The notes: generated from the sequence alone by a model not told the origin. A DNA stretch of 64,000 bases from Patescibacteria group bacterium (GCA_041660885.1 JBAZVM010000002.1:81538-145537), one strand, 5' to 3'; positions 27,319 through 40,640 are shown, counted from the stretch's first letter. Numbers and translations: made by a program.

Positions 27319-29507
27319 TATTTAGCCGCGTTTAATATTTTTTCCTTAATGTCTTTCGGGCTTAATTTGGCCATGTCGTATACTTCTTTTGGCGGGCCGG
27401 ATTTTAAGTAAGTAGAAACGCCCAAAGATTTTTTAGTATAATCTTTTCCCAATATAAACGGATATAAGAATCCTTTCCAGCCGTTATGAATGGCAATGAC
27501 TTTTTCGCGTTCGTCGTCTGCCAATATGCTTTGCGCTTTTTGCGGGTCTTTCTCTCTTAATTCTTCAAATAATTCCGGTGAAGTCACTGCAATTATTTTA
27601 ATATCATAATCTTTTTGTAAATCCGGCAGCACTTCCAGGGTGTTCGCCATGGTTTGACCGCCGCAAATGGCCAGCACGATTTTATCTTTACCGGTGTTCT
27701 CGTAATTTTTGAATACATAAGCGCCATTGGTGGCCTCTATAGCCGGAGGAATGCCTTTGGTTCTATCAAATATCGGCGTATCGGGACGGGCTACGGATAG
27801 CGCGATTGGTTCGCCTTTTTCCAAGGCGTAGAATAGCATCTCGATGGTTTCGTTGGCATCCATGGGCTTATAAACTTTAATACCCGGGTACGCGTTAAAC
27901 AGAGACATCCAATAAAGGCCATGATGAGTTGGGCCGTCTTCTCCGGTTTCCAAGCCATCGTGCGCGGCCAGCATTATAAAGAAGCCTTTGGTTTTGGGGT
28001 TCACATGATTACCTATCAGCGTCATGCGCACGGAGTTGGACATCATGGAAGTGAACACGCCATAGGAGCTGAAGACAGTGCTGGCTTGAAAGCCTCCGGG
28101 TAAAATATCTTGCGTCATGGCGCAGGAAAGCATGGCCATGTTCTGTTCCGCAATGCCGAAGCGGATGCCGCGGCCGTATTTATTCTCGCGATTCACAATA
28201 CCGTAAACTTGCTCGGCTTTCCAAGTGAGAATGGATTTTGATAAATCTCCGGTACCGGCGTAGAAAAAAGCGCTTTGGCTCATCAACCATTTAAAAAACT
28301 CTTGGGTGGCAGTACGCGTGGCTACTGGTTTGGTTCCGGTAAAAACTAATTCCTTAGGCAACTCCTTCGGCCTTTTTATTTGAGTGGGATTTTTTAAAGG
28401 CCTGCCTGCTAAAGCCGTTTCTATTTGCTTTATCAGTTCTTGTTCCGGTTTAATATTATTTTTGGCTAAATTTAAACGTTCGCCTAAATATCCGGTTAAT
28501 TCGGTCGTTAATTGTTCCAAAACGACTTGAAGATCGGGCATGACATTCTTTTTTTCTCCGGGGATGTTAAAGCCCAACTTTTTCATTATTTCCACATATT
28601 CTTCGTGCTTGGCAGGTTTGCCATGGGAATCGCAGGTGTTCTCCGTGGAACCGTAACATTTTCCTTTGCAGGCATGGGATAAAATAACCGTGGGGCTACC
28701 ATTGTCAAAACCTTGTTTGGCTTTTTTAAAAGCATACGTCAATTCCAAAATATTATGGCCATCCACTTCTATTACATTCCATCCCAATCCTAACCAGTGG
28801 TTAAGATATGGAGAAGAAATCACCTGATCCGTGTCGCCATCAATGCCAAAATGATTTCTATCAAGAAGAACCGTTAAATTGGATAAACCCAAAGAATGGG
28901 AAATATTTCTAGCTTCATAGCTCATGCCTTCTTCGGATTCCGCGTCTCCCATTAACACATAAGTACGCATATCATTAAGCCCGCAAGAGCGGTGCAAATT
29001 GGCTAGCCCAGCCGCGCCGCAAACACCATGCCCGGATGAACCGGTAGATAAATCAGCCAGAGGATGATAAGACTCCACATGGCCTTGGGGGCCGTCGATA
29101 TGGCGGAAGCGCAATAAATCTTCGGCCATGACCGCGGATAGTTCTTTCGCATTAAAATTTTCCCCGTTTTTTTTCAAAGACTCGTATACCAAGGATAACA
29201 TTCCATATAATAATGGGGTGCAATGCCCGGCAGACCAAACCATTCTATCCCTACCTGTGTTTTTCGGATCTAAAAAATCAAAAGCCATTTCACCGCTTAA
29301 AAGCAAGGAAAGTAAAGCCTCTACCTTGGATGACGACCCGCCCGGATGTCCGGATTGTGAAGCTTCGATGGCCCCGAATATCAGGCCGCGGCAAATCCTG
29401 GCTAATTCCTGCGCTTTATTCACATCTAGGCCATCAATGTTTTTTAGAGCTTGGCCTCGCAGATCTAAATAGTTTCCTCCTTTTAATTTATCGTCTTTCT
29501 TCGCCAT
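27318..29507 (-). CDS. tkt: Transketolase
   Basis: SGHPGG, RDRMVWSAGH, TPP motif GDAESEEGMSYEA..N, FGIAEQNM, GEDGPTH. Confidence 0.9.
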   Translation of the reverse strand: MAKKDDKLKGGNYLDLRGQALKNIDGLDVNKAQELARICRGLIFGAIEASQSGHPGGSSSKVEALLSLLLSGEMAFDFLDPKNTGRDRMVWSAGHCTPLLYGMLSLVYESLKKNGENFNAKELSAVMAEDLLRFRHIDGPQGHVESYHPLADLSTGSSGHGVCGAAGLANLHRSCGLNDMRTYVLMGDAESEEGMSYEARNISHSLGLSNLTVLLDRNHFGIDGDTDQVISSPYLNHWLGLGWNVIEVDGHNILELTYAFKKAKQGFDNGSPTVILSHACKGKCYGSTENTCDSHGKPAKHEEYVEIMKKLGFNIPGEKKNVMPDLQVVLEQLTTELTGYLGERLNLAKNNIKPEQELIKQIETALAGRPLKNPTQIKRPKELPKELVFTGTKPVATRTATQEFFKWLMSQSAFFYAGTGDLSKSILTWKAEQVYGIVNRENKYGRGIRFGIAEQNMAMLSCAMTQDILPGGFQASTVFSSYGVFTSMMSNSVRMTLIGNHVNPKTKGFFIMLAAHDGLETGEDGPTHHGLYWMSLFNAYPGIKVYKPMDANETIEMLFYALEKGEPIALSVARPDTPIFDRTKGIPPAIEATNGAYVFKNYENTGKDKIVLAICGGQTMANTLEVLPDLQKDYDIKIIAVTSPELFEELREKDPQKAQSILADDEREKVIAIHNGWKGFLYPFILGKDYTKKSLGVSTYLKSGPPKEVYDMAKLSPKDIKEKILNAAK

Positions 29508-29528
29508 ATTTTATAAAAATTAATATTA

Positions 29529-30602
29529 TTATAACCAATCCTTTTGTCGGAAATAAATCAGCATTGTTCCGGAAATAGTCAGGGAAAATGCTAGAATTAT
29601 ATAAAATCCATCGTGCCATTCCGCCATGGGTAAATATTTAAAATTCATACCGTACAAACCGGTAAGAAAAGTTAAAGGCATGAAAATGGTAGTGATGATT
29701 GTTAACACCTTCATAATAGTATTCAAGCGGTTGTTGATGGAAGAAAGATAAATATCAAGCATGGCCGCCAAGATATCGCGATAAGTTTCAATATTATCAA
29801 TAATTTGAATGGTATGATCATAAACATCTCGCAAATAAAGATAAGTATTTTTCTTGATTAAATTTGAGGATTCGCCGCGCACCATGTTATTAACCACCTC
29901 GCGCATCGGCCAGACGGATTTGCGGATAAAAATTATTTCTCTTTTTAATCGATGCAAGTTGCGCAATGTGCTGGCAGCGGGCTGAGTTACCATTTCGTCT
30001 TCCAAGTCTTCTATTTTTTCTCCCAATCTTTCTAAAATCACAAAATAATTATCTACTATGGTATCGATCATATTGTGCATTAAATAGTCCGGTCCCATTC
30101 GGCGGACGCGGCTGCTTTCTTTACGAATGCGTTCTCTGAGGGAATCGAAAACATCGCTTTTAAAACCTTCTTGCAGAGAAATTACATAATTGCTTCCTAA
30201 AATCAAGCTGATTTGCTCCGTATCCGCGCGAAATATATCTTTGCGCAAATGGAATATCTTTAAAACTACATAAATATAATCCCCGAAATCTTCTGTTTTC
30301 GGCCGTTGATGGGTATTTAAGATGTCTTCCAGCAATAAAGGATGAAAGCCGTAATGATCCCCTAATTCTTTTAATATCGCGATGTCGTTCAAACCTTCGA
30401 TGTTTATCCAGGTTACGGTTGGTTTTTTTCGAAACTCAAAACATTCTTTAATGTCAGTTACTTCTTTTTCAATTAATTTTTTTTCGTCAAAATCCATTAC
30501 CGTAATAATAGGCTTTGTTTGCCTTTCTTTGCCCACATACACAAGGGAGCCAGGATCCAGCCCGACTTTTCTCGTGCGTTTATCTAATATTTGACCTGTC
30601 AT
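29529..30602 (-). CDS. corA: Magnesium/cobalt transporter CorA
   Basis: HPLLLEDILNTHQRPK, YLRDVYDH, PLTFLTGLYGMNF. Confidence 0.96.
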   Translation of the reverse strand: MTGQILDKRTRKVGLDPGSLVYVGKERQTKPIITVMDFDEKKLIEKEVTDIKECFEFRKKPTVTWINIEGLNDIAILKELGDHYGFHPLLLEDILNTHQRPKTEDFGDYIYVVLKIFHLRKDIFRADTEQISLILGSNYVISLQEGFKSDVFDSLRERIRKESSRVRRMGPDYLMHNMIDTIVDNYFVILERLGEKIEDLEDEMVTQPAASTLRNLHRLKREIIFIRKSVWPMREVVNNMVRGESSNLIKKNTYLYLRDVYDHTIQIIDNIETYRDILAAMLDIYLSSINNRLNTIMKVLTIITTIFMPLTFLTGLYGMNFKYLPMAEWHDGFYIILAFSLTISGTMLIYFRQKDWL

Positions 30603-30681
30603 ATTACTTTATAGAATAACAATATAATGATGCTTACGCAAGTGCATTAAACAAATAATAATGATTATAAAAAAAACAAAA

Positions 30682-31605
30682 TTACTGCAATACCGGACCC
30701 ACGGACGGGCTTAAATCGTCAACGCTGTTATTGGTAAGCCTTTTTAATTTTTTGTCTTTTAATCTTAAGGAGTATATTTCAAAATCGCTATCCGTGCTTT
30801 TTTTGAATGAAAAAATAATTTTTTTGCCATTAGGCGTGTAGGCCGGTGTGCGCGCTTCCCCTTTTAACTTTTTAAGCCTTTTTACATCGTTCCCATTTTT
30901 CTTCATGGTAAACAAGCGATAATTGCTTTTAACTTTTTTCACAAAAACGATGCGCTTGCTATTGGGAGAAAAACGCGGTTCGTAACTTTTATTATTGGTC
31001 GTTAATGAAACGGGATTGGTGCTATTGGCATCCATAATATAAATATTATGATTGCCTAAGCTATCCTCACCTTCAAAAACTATTTTGCTGTTATCCGGAG
31101 AATAAGAGGCGTAACCACTAATTGGCAGATTAAAATAAGCCGGCGTCATATCGCTTACATTCTTGCCGTTTTTATTGGCCGTATAAATATAAGAAAGCAA
31201 GCTGCCGGTGGTATAATCTTGCGCCGAGTAAATAATTTTATTCCCGTTGGGAGACCAAGAAACTTGATGATTAATCGTAACGGAATTTTCATCCACCACC
31301 ATGGAATCTGTGCCGTCACTATTGATCATACAAACCATGAATGTACCTGAAGCGCAGGCATAAGCTATTTTCTCTCCATTCGGAGAAACGGATATTCCTT
31401 CCGAGCTATCCAACTGATTACCACCAACGGTTACTATGCTTTTTCCCGTCCCATTAATTTTCATCTGGTATATAGGATAAGAAGTATAATACTCTCCCGC
31501 GTCTGTTGTGGCGTAATAAATGCGATTTTCCGCGAATAATACCGCGGGACTGGCCAAAACAAAAAACAGCAACACTGCCAATGTCGTTGTAAATACTTTT
31601 TTCAT
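30682..31605 (-). CDS. Secreted TolB-like (PD40 repeat) beta-propeller protein
   Basis: Signal peptide; repeated (W/Y/F)SP(N/D)G.KI; Lys-rich second half. Confidence 0.85.
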   Translation of the reverse strand: MKKVFTTTLAVLLFFVLASPAVLFAENRIYYATTDAGEYYTSYPIYQMKINGTGKSIVTVGGNQLDSSEGISVSPNGEKIAYACASGTFMVCMINSDGTDSMVVDENSVTINHQVSWSPNGNKIIYSAQDYTTGSLLSYIYTANKNGKNVSDMTPAYFNLPISGYASYSPDNSKIVFEGEDSLGNHNIYIMDANSTNPVSLTTNNKSYEPRFSPNSKRIVFVKKVKSNYRLFTMKKNGNDVKRLKKLKGEARTPAYTPNGKKIIFSFKKSTDSDFEIYSLRLKDKKLKRLTNNSVDDLSPSVGPVLQ

Positions 31606-31650
31606 AATTTTATTATAGAATAATGATTATTATCTATAATCGTACCACAA

Positions 31651-32043
31651 TTATTTTATTTCTTCCAATTCCCAATTGTCGCCGATTTTTTTTACCCAAA
31701 AAAGCAGTATTGTAAGATCTGGATATTGCGCGGAGATTAAAGACTTGGCTTTTTCCATGTCTTTTAACACTATGTCTCGGCTAGTCTCGCCATAAGCTCC
31801 GCATTCTTCGTGCTGGGTCAGCAAAACTCTTTTAATATGATGCAATTTTGTAGATATGGCGATCTGGTTTAATATATAATCGCTGATTTTTTTATCATCG
31901 CCGGCCAATGGTTTGCACGCGCCAGCAATAGACACAATATCGGTATCGCCTAAATAATTATTCTCCGCCAGCCATTTTTTAAAGGTAATATCTAAGCGGT
32001 AATCCATGCAACGGATTAATAAGTTTGAGCAATTATGAGCCAT
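31651..32043 (-). CDS. Putative beta-class carbonic anhydrase-like zinc protein
   Basis: CMDYR (CxDxR), D..SIAG, HEECGAY (HxxC). Confidence 0.75.
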   Translation of the reverse strand: MAHNCSNLLIRCMDYRLDITFKKWLAENNYLGDTDIVSIAGACKPLAGDDKKISDYILNQIAISTKLHHIKRVLLTQHEECGAYGETSRDIVLKDMEKAKSLISAQYPDLTILLFWVKKIGDNWELEEIK

Positions 32044-32470
32044 GGGGTAAATTTCTATATTTCTTTTTCTTAACTACTTTTAATCTCGCCAATTCTTTTT
32101 CTATCTTGGAAGATAAATAAGCGAATTCAGCGGAATCGAATTTCTTTTCCGTGAGTAGCTTTTGCGCTTGCAGCCTCGCTTCTTCCGCTCTTTTTTCGTC
32201 TATTTCTTCGGCGCGCTCGGCTGAATCGGCCAGCACTATAACTTTATTCGGGGATACTTCCACGAATCCGCCGGAAACGGCCATAACGGTTTCTTCTTTA
32301 TTCTTCAGAACGCGAAGCTCGCCCGCTTTTAAAGCGGCCACCAAAGGAATGTGCCCGGGCAGAACAGTGATCTCCCCTTCTATCGTGGGGATGGTTATCT
32401 GTTCCACCTCATCGGAATGCACTTTCTTTTCCGGTGTTGTTATTTCAAATTGTATTTTGCGATCAGCCAT
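32033..32470 (-). CDS. atpC: ATP synthase epsilon subunit
   Basis: ITTPE, GEITVLPGHIPL, VSGGFVEV, operon position. Confidence 0.95.
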   Translation of the reverse strand: MADRKIQFEITTPEKKVHSDEVEQITIPTIEGEITVLPGHIPLVAALKAGELRVLKNKEETVMAVSGGFVEVSPNKVIVLADSAERAEEIDEKRAEEARLQAQKLLTEKKFDSAEFAYLSSKIEKELARLKVVKKKKYRNLPHGS

Positions 32471-32472
32471 AA

Positions 32473-34766
<2,294 letters not shown>

Positions 34767-34768
34767 AA

Positions 34769-36292
34769 TTATTTCTTAATCAAGTAATCCACGTTAGTTT
34801 TATAATCTTTAATAGCGTTCTGTAATTTTTCTTCAATTTCCTTCGTTAATTCTTTTTTCTCAGTAATCAATTTAAATAAATCTTTAGCGGAAGTTTCCAA
34901 ATGCTTTTTTAAGCCGATTTCAAACTGTTTGGTTTTATCTACGGGCACATCATCAAAATAACCGTTGCTGCCCGCGTAAATAATAGCCACTTCCATTTCC
35001 ACTTTCATTGGTTCGTATTGCAACTGTTTTAATATTTCTTGCATGCGCATACCAAGATCCAGTTGCTTTTTGGTGGCTTCATCCAAATCGGATCCGAATT
35101 GGGCGAAAGCCGCCAACTCGCGGTATTGGGCCATGTCCATTTTTAATTTGCCAGCCACTTTTTTCATGGCTTTGATCTGAGCGGAAGAGCCGACACGTGA
35201 AACGGATAAACCTGTATTAATAGCCGGACGAATACCCTGATAGAATAAATCGGATTCCAAATAAATCTGGCCATCGGTGATGGAAATAACGTTAGTGGGA
35301 ATGTAAGCTGATACATCTCCCGCTTGAGTTTCGATGATGGGCAAAGCGGTTAAGGATCCGCCGCCGGAATTCTTGTTCAACTTGGCCGCGCGTTCCAACA
35401 AACGGGAATGCAAATAGAAAATGTCTCCGGGATAAGCTTCACGGCCGGGCGGGCGGCGCAGTAATAAAGAAACTTGGCGGTAAGCTACGGCGTGCTTGGA
35501 TAAATCATCGTAAACCAGCAACACATCTTTGCCTTGGTCCATAAAATATTCTCCCATGGCGCATCCGGCATAAGGGGCGATGTAAGAAAGAGAAGCGGGG
35601 TCTGACGCGCCGGCCACAACAACGGTGGTATAATCCATGGCGCCGTGCTTTTCCAATTCCGTGATCAAACGCACCACTTTGGATTCTTTTTGGCCGATAG
35701 CTACGTATATGCAAATAACATTCTGGTCTTTTTGATTGATAATGGTATCAATGGCAATGGCGGTTTTTCCGGTTTGGCGGTCTCCGATAATAAGTTCTCT
35801 TTGTCCGCGGCCTATCGGGATCATGGCATCAATGGCCTTTATGCCAGTTTGCAAAGCTTGTTTTACCGGTTCTCTTTTAATAACGCGAGGCGCGATTTTT
35901 TCTACGGGATAAAATTTATCGGTTTTAATGGCTCCTTTTCCATCCAGTTCTTCACCAAGAGGGTTTACTACGCGGCCCATTACGGCTTCGCCCACGGGCA
36001 CTTCCAATATTCTTCCGGTGGTTTTTACCGTATCGCCTTCTTTAATCTTCAAGTAATCACCCAACAAGATGCAACCCACGGAATCTTCTTCCAAGTTAAA
36101 GGCTACGCCATAAATATTGTTTGGGAACTCCAACATTTCCGAGGACATGCAATCGGATAAACCGGAAATTCTGGCTATGCCGTCTCCCACTTCCATTACC
36201 GTACCGGTTTTTTCCACGGTGGCCTTGGTTTTAAAATCTTTAATCTGTTGTTTTAAGCTTTCAATGATGTAATCTTTTGATGCTTTTGCCAT
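34769..36292 (-). CDS. atpA: ATP synthase alpha subunit
   Basis: [27 protein letters not shown]. Confidence 0.99.
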   Translation of the reverse strand: MAKASKDYIIESLKQQIKDFKTKATVEKTGTVMEVGDGIARISGLSDCMSSEMLEFPNNIYGVAFNLEEDSVGCILLGDYLKIKEGDTVKTTGRILEVPVGEAVMGRVVNPLGEELDGKGAIKTDKFYPVEKIAPRVIKREPVKQALQTGIKAIDAMIPIGRGQRELIIGDRQTGKTAIAIDTIINQKDQNVICIYVAIGQKESKVVRLITELEKHGAMDYTTVVVAGASDPASLSYIAPYAGCAMGEYFMDQGKDVLLVYDDLSKHAVAYRQVSLLLRRPPGREAYPGDIFYLHSRLLERAAKLNKNSGGGSLTALPIIETQAGDVSAYIPTNVISITDGQIYLESDLFYQGIRPAINTGLSVSRVGSSAQIKAMKKVAGKLKMDMAQYRELAAFAQFGSDLDEATKKQLDLGMRMQEILKQLQYEPMKVEMEVAIIYAGSNGYFDDVPVDKTKQFEIGLKKHLETSAKDLFKLITEKKELTKEIEEKLQNAIKDYKTNVDYLIKK

Positions 36293-36306
36293 ATGGTATT
36301 TTAAAA

Positions 36307-36711
36307 TTATCTAGTTAATGATTGTTTTAGATTATTAATGCTATTTAAAATGCTTCCGTCTATAACAGTGTCTGCTATTTTTATGATCATGCCTCCCAAT
36401 ATTTTTTTATCTACCTTTTCCGTCAATAAAACCGTTTCCGCTTTGCTGGAAGATTTTATTTTTTTGGTGATTTCTTCTTTGAGAGAAGCAGACAAAGCGC
36501 GAGCGGTAATCACTTCCGCTTCCACAATGCCTTCTTGCTCGTTGCTGTACTGGTTATATTCTTGAATGATTTTTTTAGCCAGTTTCATATGCCGATTAGC
36601 CGCTAAAATTTTCACAAAATTAGCCAAAGCCGAATGAGCTTCCTTCTCGGTTAAATCTTTGGTAGCTTCGTAAAGCACTCGGCCGTATTTTTTAGCGCTA
36701 ATCTTCTTCAT
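36307..36711 (-). CDS. atpH: ATP synthase delta subunit (short form)
   Basis: [22 protein letters not shown]; lies between atpF and atpA. Confidence 0.9.
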   Translation of the reverse strand: MKKISAKKYGRVLYEATKDLTEKEAHSALANFVKILAANRHMKLAKKIIQEYNQYSNEQEGIVEAEVITARALSASLKEEITKKIKSSSKAETVLLTEKVDKKILGGMIIKIADTVIDGSILNSINNLKQSLTR

Positions 36712-36712
36712 A

Positions 36713-37213
36713 CTATAAACTAGTATTTTTAATAATATTCTTGCTTAATTTTTCATCAATCTCTTTTGTTAAACCCTGGCCGAGAATTTTTTCCGTGGCC
36801 GAAGCGACTAAATTGCCCAATTCCGCTTTGGCGTCGGTTACCATTTTTACTTTTTCCGCGGCTAGTTGTTGTTTGCCCTTAAGCACGATGCTTTCCACTT
36901 CTTTCTTTGTTTTTGCTATTGTTTCTTGGCGTTCGGCTTCGGCTTTTTTTCCGGCTTCTTCCAATACGGCCAAGCTTTGCTTTTTCGCTTCGTTCAAAAC
37001 TTTTTCTTTTTCCGCCGCGCTTTCCTGCAATTTGGTTTCCGCATCTTTGGCGTCTTTTAAGCCTTTTTCTATCTTAGCGGTTCTTTCTCTCATTAATTTG
37101 GTTAAAGGTTTTAGCGCGAAAAAATAAAGCACGCCGAATACTATGGCGAAATTTACCAATTGCGCGATTATTCCTTTTACATCCAGATGGAAAGTTTCTA
37201 TTAATGAATCCAT
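36713..37213 (-). CDS. atpF: ATP synthase subunit b
   Basis: AQLVNFAIV..KPL..ER..KI, N-terminal TM plus coiled coil. Confidence 0.93.
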   Translation of the reverse strand: MDSLIETFHLDVKGIIAQLVNFAIVFGVLYFFALKPLTKLMRERTAKIEKGLKDAKDAETKLQESAAEKEKVLNEAKKQSLAVLEEAGKKAEAERQETIAKTKKEVESIVLKGKQQLAAEKVKMVTDAKAELGNLVASATEKILGQGLTKEIDEKLSKNIIKNTSL

Positions 37214-37233
37214 AAATTATTGAAAATTAATTG

Positions 37234-37278
37234 AAAAACAGCTTGATGCCCGGGAGAAATTAATCTCCCGAGCAAGCT
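37234..37278 (-). terminator. Internal stem-loop between atpE and atpF (partial terminator or mRNA stabiliser)
   Basis: AGCTT..CGGGAGA-AATTAA-TCTCCCG..AAGCT, followed by a U-run on the minus strand. Confidence 0.6.
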
Positions 37279-37288
37279 AATTTAAGCC

Positions 37289-37519
<231 letters not shown>

Positions 37520-37537
37520 TTATATTAAAAATATTAA

Positions 37538-38383
37538 TTAGTGTTCTTCGGCCGTGCTGGCGATATTCATGTACACCAAGGACAAGATGGCGAATATCAA
37601 AGCCTGAATCACTCCCACGATTAGTTCCAAAAACATAAAAGGAACCGGCAGGATAAACGCGAAAATGGCCATCATGGAAGCCAGTAAAACTTCACCCGCA
37701 AAAATATTTCCGAATAACCGAAAGGAAAGAGAGGCTACTTTGGCCACCTCGCCGATTATTTCAATTATACCCACAAACACTTTTATGGGATTAACCAAAA
37801 CAATAGTTGGATCTTTTAATACTTTTTTGGGGATTTCCAATAAAGCTTTTATATTCACGAATTTATTCAAATGATTCCAAGCGCCGGCCATAAACACGCC
37901 AACCAAATGAGAACCGACAACGGTCATTAAAGATAAAGCCAGAGTGGTGTTTAAATCGGCTGTGCCGCCGCGAATAAAAGGAATGAATACTTCTTTGCCT
38001 TCTTCCATTTCATAGAAGCCGACAGTGCCCACGCCCGGCAACAAACCGAGCCAGTTATTAACTAATATGAATAAAAAAATAGTGAAGACATAAGGAAAAA
38101 ACTTCATGCTTTTTTCTCGGCTTCCGGTAACAGTATCGCAAAGGTTTAAAGCGCCATCAACGATCATTTCAAATACATTTTGAATGCCGCGCGGCACTTC
38201 TTTTAATTTCTTCTTTAGATATAAAGAAAATATAGCAAAAAGCAAAACTACAAACCAAGTGACGATAAGGGAGTTGGTAATACTAAAACCACCGATATGC
38301 ACTATCGGCTCGGCGAATAAAGTTGGTTCGTGCCCCTCTGTGGATGTCTCCTGCACTACTTCTGCTTGTTCTTCCGCTGCCAT
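37538..38383 (-). CDS. atpB: ATP synthase subunit a
   Basis: TADLNTTLAL, SLSFRLFGNIFAGE, IQALIF. Confidence 0.97.
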   Translation of the reverse strand: MAAEEQAEVVQETSTEGHEPTLFAEPIVHIGGFSITNSLIVTWFVVLLFAIFSLYLKKKLKEVPRGIQNVFEMIVDGALNLCDTVTGSREKSMKFFPYVFTIFLFILVNNWLGLLPGVGTVGFYEMEEGKEVFIPFIRGGTADLNTTLALSLMTVVGSHLVGVFMAGAWNHLNKFVNIKALLEIPKKVLKDPTIVLVNPIKVFVGIIEIIGEVAKVASLSFRLFGNIFAGEVLLASMMAIFAFILPVPFMFLELIVGVIQALIFAILSLVYMNIASTAEEH

Positions 38384-38397
38384 AATTTATAGACGCT

Positions 38398-38661
38398 TCA
38401 TTTAGTTTTTTCGGATTTTTCTTTCTTGCTTAATTTATCCATGGTTTTCATTGCCCGAATTGATCCTCGGACAATGCCAATCATTGAAATTAGGAAAGCC
38501 ACGCCTACGCATCCGAAGTACAACCATTGGCCTGTTTTATACTGATTGTCTAACCAATGACCGACTAAAAAAGCCACTATGGCCGGTAAAATAATCCAAC
38601 CGCTTATTTCCGCGAATAAGGAAATAGCCGGCTGCCACCATGGCGCTTTAGTTTTTTCCAT
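38398..38661 (-). CDS. AtpZ/AtpI-family small membrane protein heading the atp operon
   Basis: Two TMs around GHWLD; first gene of the operon. Confidence 0.8.
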   Translation of the reverse strand: MEKTKAPWWQPAISLFAEISGWIILPAIVAFLVGHWLDNQYKTGQWLYFGCVGVAFLISMIGIVRGSIRAMKTMDKLSKKEKSEKTK

Positions 38662-38697
38662 ACATATATTATGAAAGTCCGCTTTTTTAACGCGGTT

Positions 38698-38726
38698 ATT
38701 ATAAACGATAAATAAAAAACGGTCAA
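38698..38726 (-). promoter_or_regulatory. sigma70 promoter of the atp operon
   Basis: Minus strand TTGACC-17 nt-TATAAT. Confidence 0.75.
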
Positions 38727-38767
38727 TCGCCGTTTTTTATAGTTTTCAACAGGTTTTATGGGCTTTT

Positions 38768-40591
38768 TTAGCTCAAAATTCCCTTATCTTTCTTCTTTTG
38801 TTCGTTTTCATCCAATATCATCTTGCGAATTCTAATATTTTTCGGGGTAATTTCCACCAATTCATCGTCTCCGATGTATTCTAACGCGTCTTCCAAATCC
38901 ATAATTTTCGGGGTTTTAAAATGTTCGTCCGAACCTTCACCTTTAGAGCGCATATTGGAAAGCTGTTTGGCTTTACAAACATTCACGCGCAAGTCTCCTC
39001 CGCGGGAATGCTGGCCTACCACTTGGCCTTTGTATACCTCGTGAGCCTGCCCCATAAACAAAACGCCGCGACCTTGCACATTAACCAAACCGTATAAATT
39101 CGTGGTGCCGGTTGTATGAACCACTAAAGAACCTTGTTCTCTTTCTTTCCAATCCCCCGGATCTTTATGGTAGCCCTCAAATATAGTATTCATTATTCCC
39201 AAACCTTTGGTATCGGTTAAAAATTCGTTTCTATAGCCAAATAATCCGCGAGTGGGAATCACAAATTGCATGTTCACGGTATTGCCTTCGGTTTTCATTT
39301 CCCGCATTTCACCTTTGCGGCTGCCCAGTTTTTGGATAATGGCGCCGGCGTAAATTTCCGGAGCTTCTATAAATACTTCGTCGAAAGGCACCATTTTTTG
39401 GCCGTCGATTTCTTTCACGATAACTTGCGGGCGGGAAACTTGAAATTCATAGCCTTCTCTTCTTAATCTTTCGAAGAATATGGCCAAGTGCAATTCACCG
39501 CGACCTGAAACCACCCACTTGCCTTGAGAGTTAGCCAAAGGTTCTATTCTCATGGCCACATCGTTTTCCAATTCTTTATAGATTCTTTCTCTTAATTGAC
39601 GGGAAGTAGAAAATTTTCCTTCTTTTCCGGAAAACGGGGAATCGTTCACGCAAAAAACCACTTTAACAGTCGGCTCTTCAATGGCTACGGGCGGCAAAGC
39701 CATAGGCTTTTCCGGGTCTGCCACCGTGTCCCCGATATTTATTTCCGGCACTCCGGCTACGGCTACGATATCTCCGGCTTCGGCGGATTTAGCTTCTATT
39801 CTTTCCAAGCCGAAAAAAGACATTAAAGATGTTAAGCGGAATTTTTTTTGCTTGCCTTCACGGGTAATGTGCATTACTTCTTGGCCAGCAGTTATGCGGC
39901 CATTATAGATTCTTCCCGTGGCTACACGGCCTTTAAAATTATCGGAAAACAGCGTAGTAATTAACATTTGCAAAGGTTTTGAACTGTCGCCGGTGGGCGC
40001 GGGTACATATTTTTTTATTGCCGCGAATATCGGAGAAATATCTTTCATTTTTTCTATTTCCGGTTCATTGCCGGCCAAGCCTTTTTTCGCGGCCGCGTAC
40101 ACCACGGGGAAATTAGTGGTTTCTTCGTCCGCGCCGAGCTCTATGAATAAATCAAACACTCTGTTTAAAGTTTCGCGAATACGCGCTTCTTTTTTATCGA
40201 TTTTATTTACAACGACAATAACCTTCAGTTTCATGGCTAAAGCCTTTTTTAAAACAAATCTGGTTTGTGGCATAGGGCCTTCTTTGGCATCCACCAATAG
40301 CAAACAACCATCGGCCATAGTGAGGACGCGTTCCACTTCTCCGCCGAAATCCGCGTGCCCCGGAGTATCAATGATGTTTATTTTCAAATCTTCCCAATTT
40401 ACCGAAGCGTTCTTGGAAAATATGGTAATGCCTCTTTCTTTTTCAATCTCGTTGCTGTCCATTATGCAAATTTGATCTTTTACATCTTTATTCAACTTGG
40501 TTTGCGATTGACGCAACAAAGCATCCACCAGCGTGGTTTTGCCGTGGTCAACGTGAGCGATAATCGCGACATTTCTAATATTATTCATCAT
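38768..40591 (-). CDS. typA: Translational GTPase TypA/BipA
   Basis: IAHVDHGKTT, DTPGHADFGGEVER, NKID, GRGELHL, EYIGDDELVEITPKNIRIRK. Confidence 0.98.
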   Translation of the reverse strand: MMNNIRNVAIIAHVDHGKTTLVDALLRQSQTKLNKDVKDQICIMDSNEIEKERGITIFSKNASVNWEDLKINIIDTPGHADFGGEVERVLTMADGCLLLVDAKEGPMPQTRFVLKKALAMKLKVIVVVNKIDKKEARIRETLNRVFDLFIELGADEETTNFPVVYAAAKKGLAGNEPEIEKMKDISPIFAAIKKYVPAPTGDSSKPLQMLITTLFSDNFKGRVATGRIYNGRITAGQEVMHITREGKQKKFRLTSLMSFFGLERIEAKSAEAGDIVAVAGVPEINIGDTVADPEKPMALPPVAIEEPTVKVVFCVNDSPFSGKEGKFSTSRQLRERIYKELENDVAMRIEPLANSQGKWVVSGRGELHLAIFFERLRREGYEFQVSRPQVIVKEIDGQKMVPFDEVFIEAPEIYAGAIIQKLGSRKGEMREMKTEGNTVNMQFVIPTRGLFGYRNEFLTDTKGLGIMNTIFEGYHKDPGDWKEREQGSLVVHTTGTTNLYGLVNVQGRGVLFMGQAHEVYKGQVVGQHSRGGDLRVNVCKAKQLSNMRSKGEGSDEHFKTPKIMDLEDALEYIGDDELVEITPKNIRIRKMILDENEQKKKDKGILS

Positions 40592-40600
40592 AATCCAAAA

Positions 40601-40640
40601 AGGATACAGGAAAATTATAAAAGAGTCAATATTATTGACT
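40601..40640. promoter_or_regulatory. typA promoter and back-to-back -35 palindrome
   Basis: Minus strand TTGACT-17 nt-TATCCT; palindrome AGTCAATA-T-TATTGACT at 40624-40640. Confidence 0.55.

Noticed and set aside
35190-35205. parS-like CACGTGAAAC
   Set aside because: Only a partial match to the parS palindrome and it lies inside atpA.
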